Source: a virus (lineage: Duplodnaviria > Caudoviricetes). Taken from it: DNA of 35,749 bases. Positions within the stretch are counted from its first letter, which is position 1, and each line of letters opens with the position of its first letter. Under the pieces are notes generated by a model, which had not been told where the DNA came from, made no database searches, and was given only the letters and a program-made list of their open reading frames with translations. The stretch is from positions 1 through 35,749 of IMG/VR virus record IMGVR_UViG_3300048034_000310. One strand, 5' to 3'. Below, in pieces: positions 34,526 through 35,749 of the stretch. The translations under genes were made by a program, and so were the position numbers.

Positions 34526-35162
34526 GGATCTTTCTGCTGACACTACTGATAGTGGAAGAGTTTACTCTACTCCCGATGGTAAGTATCCCTCTATCACTAC
34601 CGTTTTAAGTATACTTTCAGAAGAAGGTATCAGAGCATGGCGTGCCCGAGTAGGTGAAGAAGAGGCTAATAGGATTAGTTCAAGAGCTGCAACTCGTGGT
34701 ACTAATGTTCATGCAATTATTGAAAAGTATTTAAATAATGAAAAGGATTATGCTGATGGATATTTACCTAATATCATCGAAAATTTTAAAGACATTCAAT
34801 CCCTTCTTGATAATAAAATCGGTAAAATTTATGCTCAGGAAGTACCTTTATATTCCAACCATTTACGGGTCGCAGGTAGAGTCGAGTGTGTTGCTGAGTA
34901 TAATGGTGCTATGTCTATCATAGACTTTAAGACTAGCCGTAAATTAAAAAAGAAAGAATGGATTGAAGGTTACTTTTGTCAAGCTTCAGCCTATGCTATT
35001 ATGTTTGAAGAAAGAACTGGAATACCTATTACTCAACTTGTAGTTTTAATTGCAGTTGATAACGAATTACCACAGGTCTTTATTGAACACAGAGACAATT
35101 GGACCAAGAAACTTTTGGAGACTATTAAAGAGTATGAAACGCGAAAGCTCTTTGGCCGATAG
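34485..35162 (+). CDS. PD-(D/E)xK exonuclease (Cas4/RecB-like phage exonuclease)
   Basis: YPSITTVL, RGTNVH, AGRVEC, IIDFKTS, QASAYA. Confidence 0.85.
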   Translation: MKNFEHLNIDLGYEDLSADTTDSGRVYSTPDGKYPSITTVLSILSEEGIRAWRARVGEEEANRISSRAATRGTNVHAIIEKYLNNEKDYADGYLPNIIENFKDIQSLLDNKIGKIYAQEVPLYSNHLRVAGRVECVAEYNGAMSIIDFKTSRKLKKKEWIEGYFCQASAYAIMFEERTGIPITQLVVLIAVDNELPQVFIEHRDNWTKKLLETIKEYETRKLFGR

Positions 35163-35313
35163 AGCAAAACGGTCCCTCGACATTTGCTGTCAAACACTTT
35201 GTGATAAGGAATTAGTTGAGGAATATATTAAGCAACTTGAAGTTGAGGTTGCTCATCTAAGACAAGATAATGAAAACTTAGAAGCTAAAAATAAAATTAT
35301 TAGGGACTATTAG
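35134..35313 (+). CDS. Small coiled-coil hypothetical protein
   Basis: ATG 35134; fills the gap before the transporter gene. Confidence 0.5.
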   Translation: MKRESSLADRAKRSLDICCQTLCDKELVEEYIKQLEVEVAHLRQDNENLEAKNKIIRDY

Positions 35314-35345
35314 CAATGGATCAACTTAGCAAAAAGGTAAAAAAA

Positions 35346-35749
35346 ATGGAATTAGGTAATCCGATTATAACAACTATTGTAGGACTTGTAGTGTTCTATA
35401 TAGGACTAAAAATGTTTTCTGGTGGAATGAAGTCAATGGGCAATATGGATCATTTGGCTTGGTTTACCGGCAATTATATCTACATGTTTCTAGGTGGTAT
35501 TGTTATGACACTATTGTGGCAGTCGTCTAGTCTATCAACGACTGCTATTATTGCTCTTGTAGCATCAGGAGCTGTACCACTTCCAGCGGCCATTGCTGCA
35601 GTACTTGGAGCAAACATTGGAACGACCGGCACCATTTGGATAGCCGGTCTTTTAGTATCTGATGGTATGCCTAAAGGTGATACATTACGAATTGCAATTG
35701 CTCATAGTGGAGTTAACCTCTTTATGGCTGCAACTCTGTTACCTTTTGT
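35346..35749 (+). CDS. Na+/phosphate cotransporter family protein (3'-truncated by the window)
   Basis: Read by hand: GLVVFYIGLKMFSGGMK...LWQSSSLSTTAII...VLGANIGTTGT, the PNaS signatures. In-frame upstream ATG at 35316. Confidence 0.85.
   Translation, partial: MELGNPIITTIVGLVVFYIGLKMFSGGMKSMGNMDHLAWFTGNYIYMFLGGIVMTLLWQSSSLSTTAIIALVASGAVPLPAAIAAVLGANIGTTGTIWIAGLLVSDGMPKGDTLRIAIAHSGVNLFMAATLLPF

Noticed and set aside
1-35749. tRNA/rRNA genes or stop-codon recoding
   Set aside because: No cloverleaf or T-loop signatures seen in the short intergenic gaps; core genes are full length under the standard code

Overview
AT-rich segment of a T4-like myovirus genome, probably marine/aquatic with a proteobacterial host. 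All convincing genes are on the + strand. Left to right: (1) a late-promoter hsp20 operon with a ROSE-like leader; (2) gp43 DNA polymerase, then a stand-alone LigA domain-Ia-like gene, a MazG-like pyrophosphatase, an AEP primase-like gene and a PD-(D/E)xK-like gene; (3) a ~6.7 kb base-modification cassette (DUF5664 pyrophosphatase, gp42-type dCMP hydroxymethylase, dCMP deaminase, myo-inositol-1-phosphate synthase, HAD phosphatase, aGPT-Pplase1/5hmdU-kinase-helical-type protein, SGNH-like protein, C5-methyltransferase with a degenerate SAM motif), bracketed by identical 30-bp promoter repeats; (4) uvsX and gp41; (5) early hypothetical genes; (6) a late cluster whose products have capsid-targeting-like N-termini; (7) spanins; (8) nrdA, nrdB, glutaredoxin, a GIY-YIG nuclease, RNase H, a DenV-like glycosylase, phoH, an exonuclease and a truncated Na/Pi cotransporter. 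The best candidate for an undescribed system is inositol-dependent hypermodification of 5-hydroxymethylcytosine, with enzymes carrying gp43-like C-terminal sliding-clamp peptides. Family calls rest on motif recognition, not database searches.
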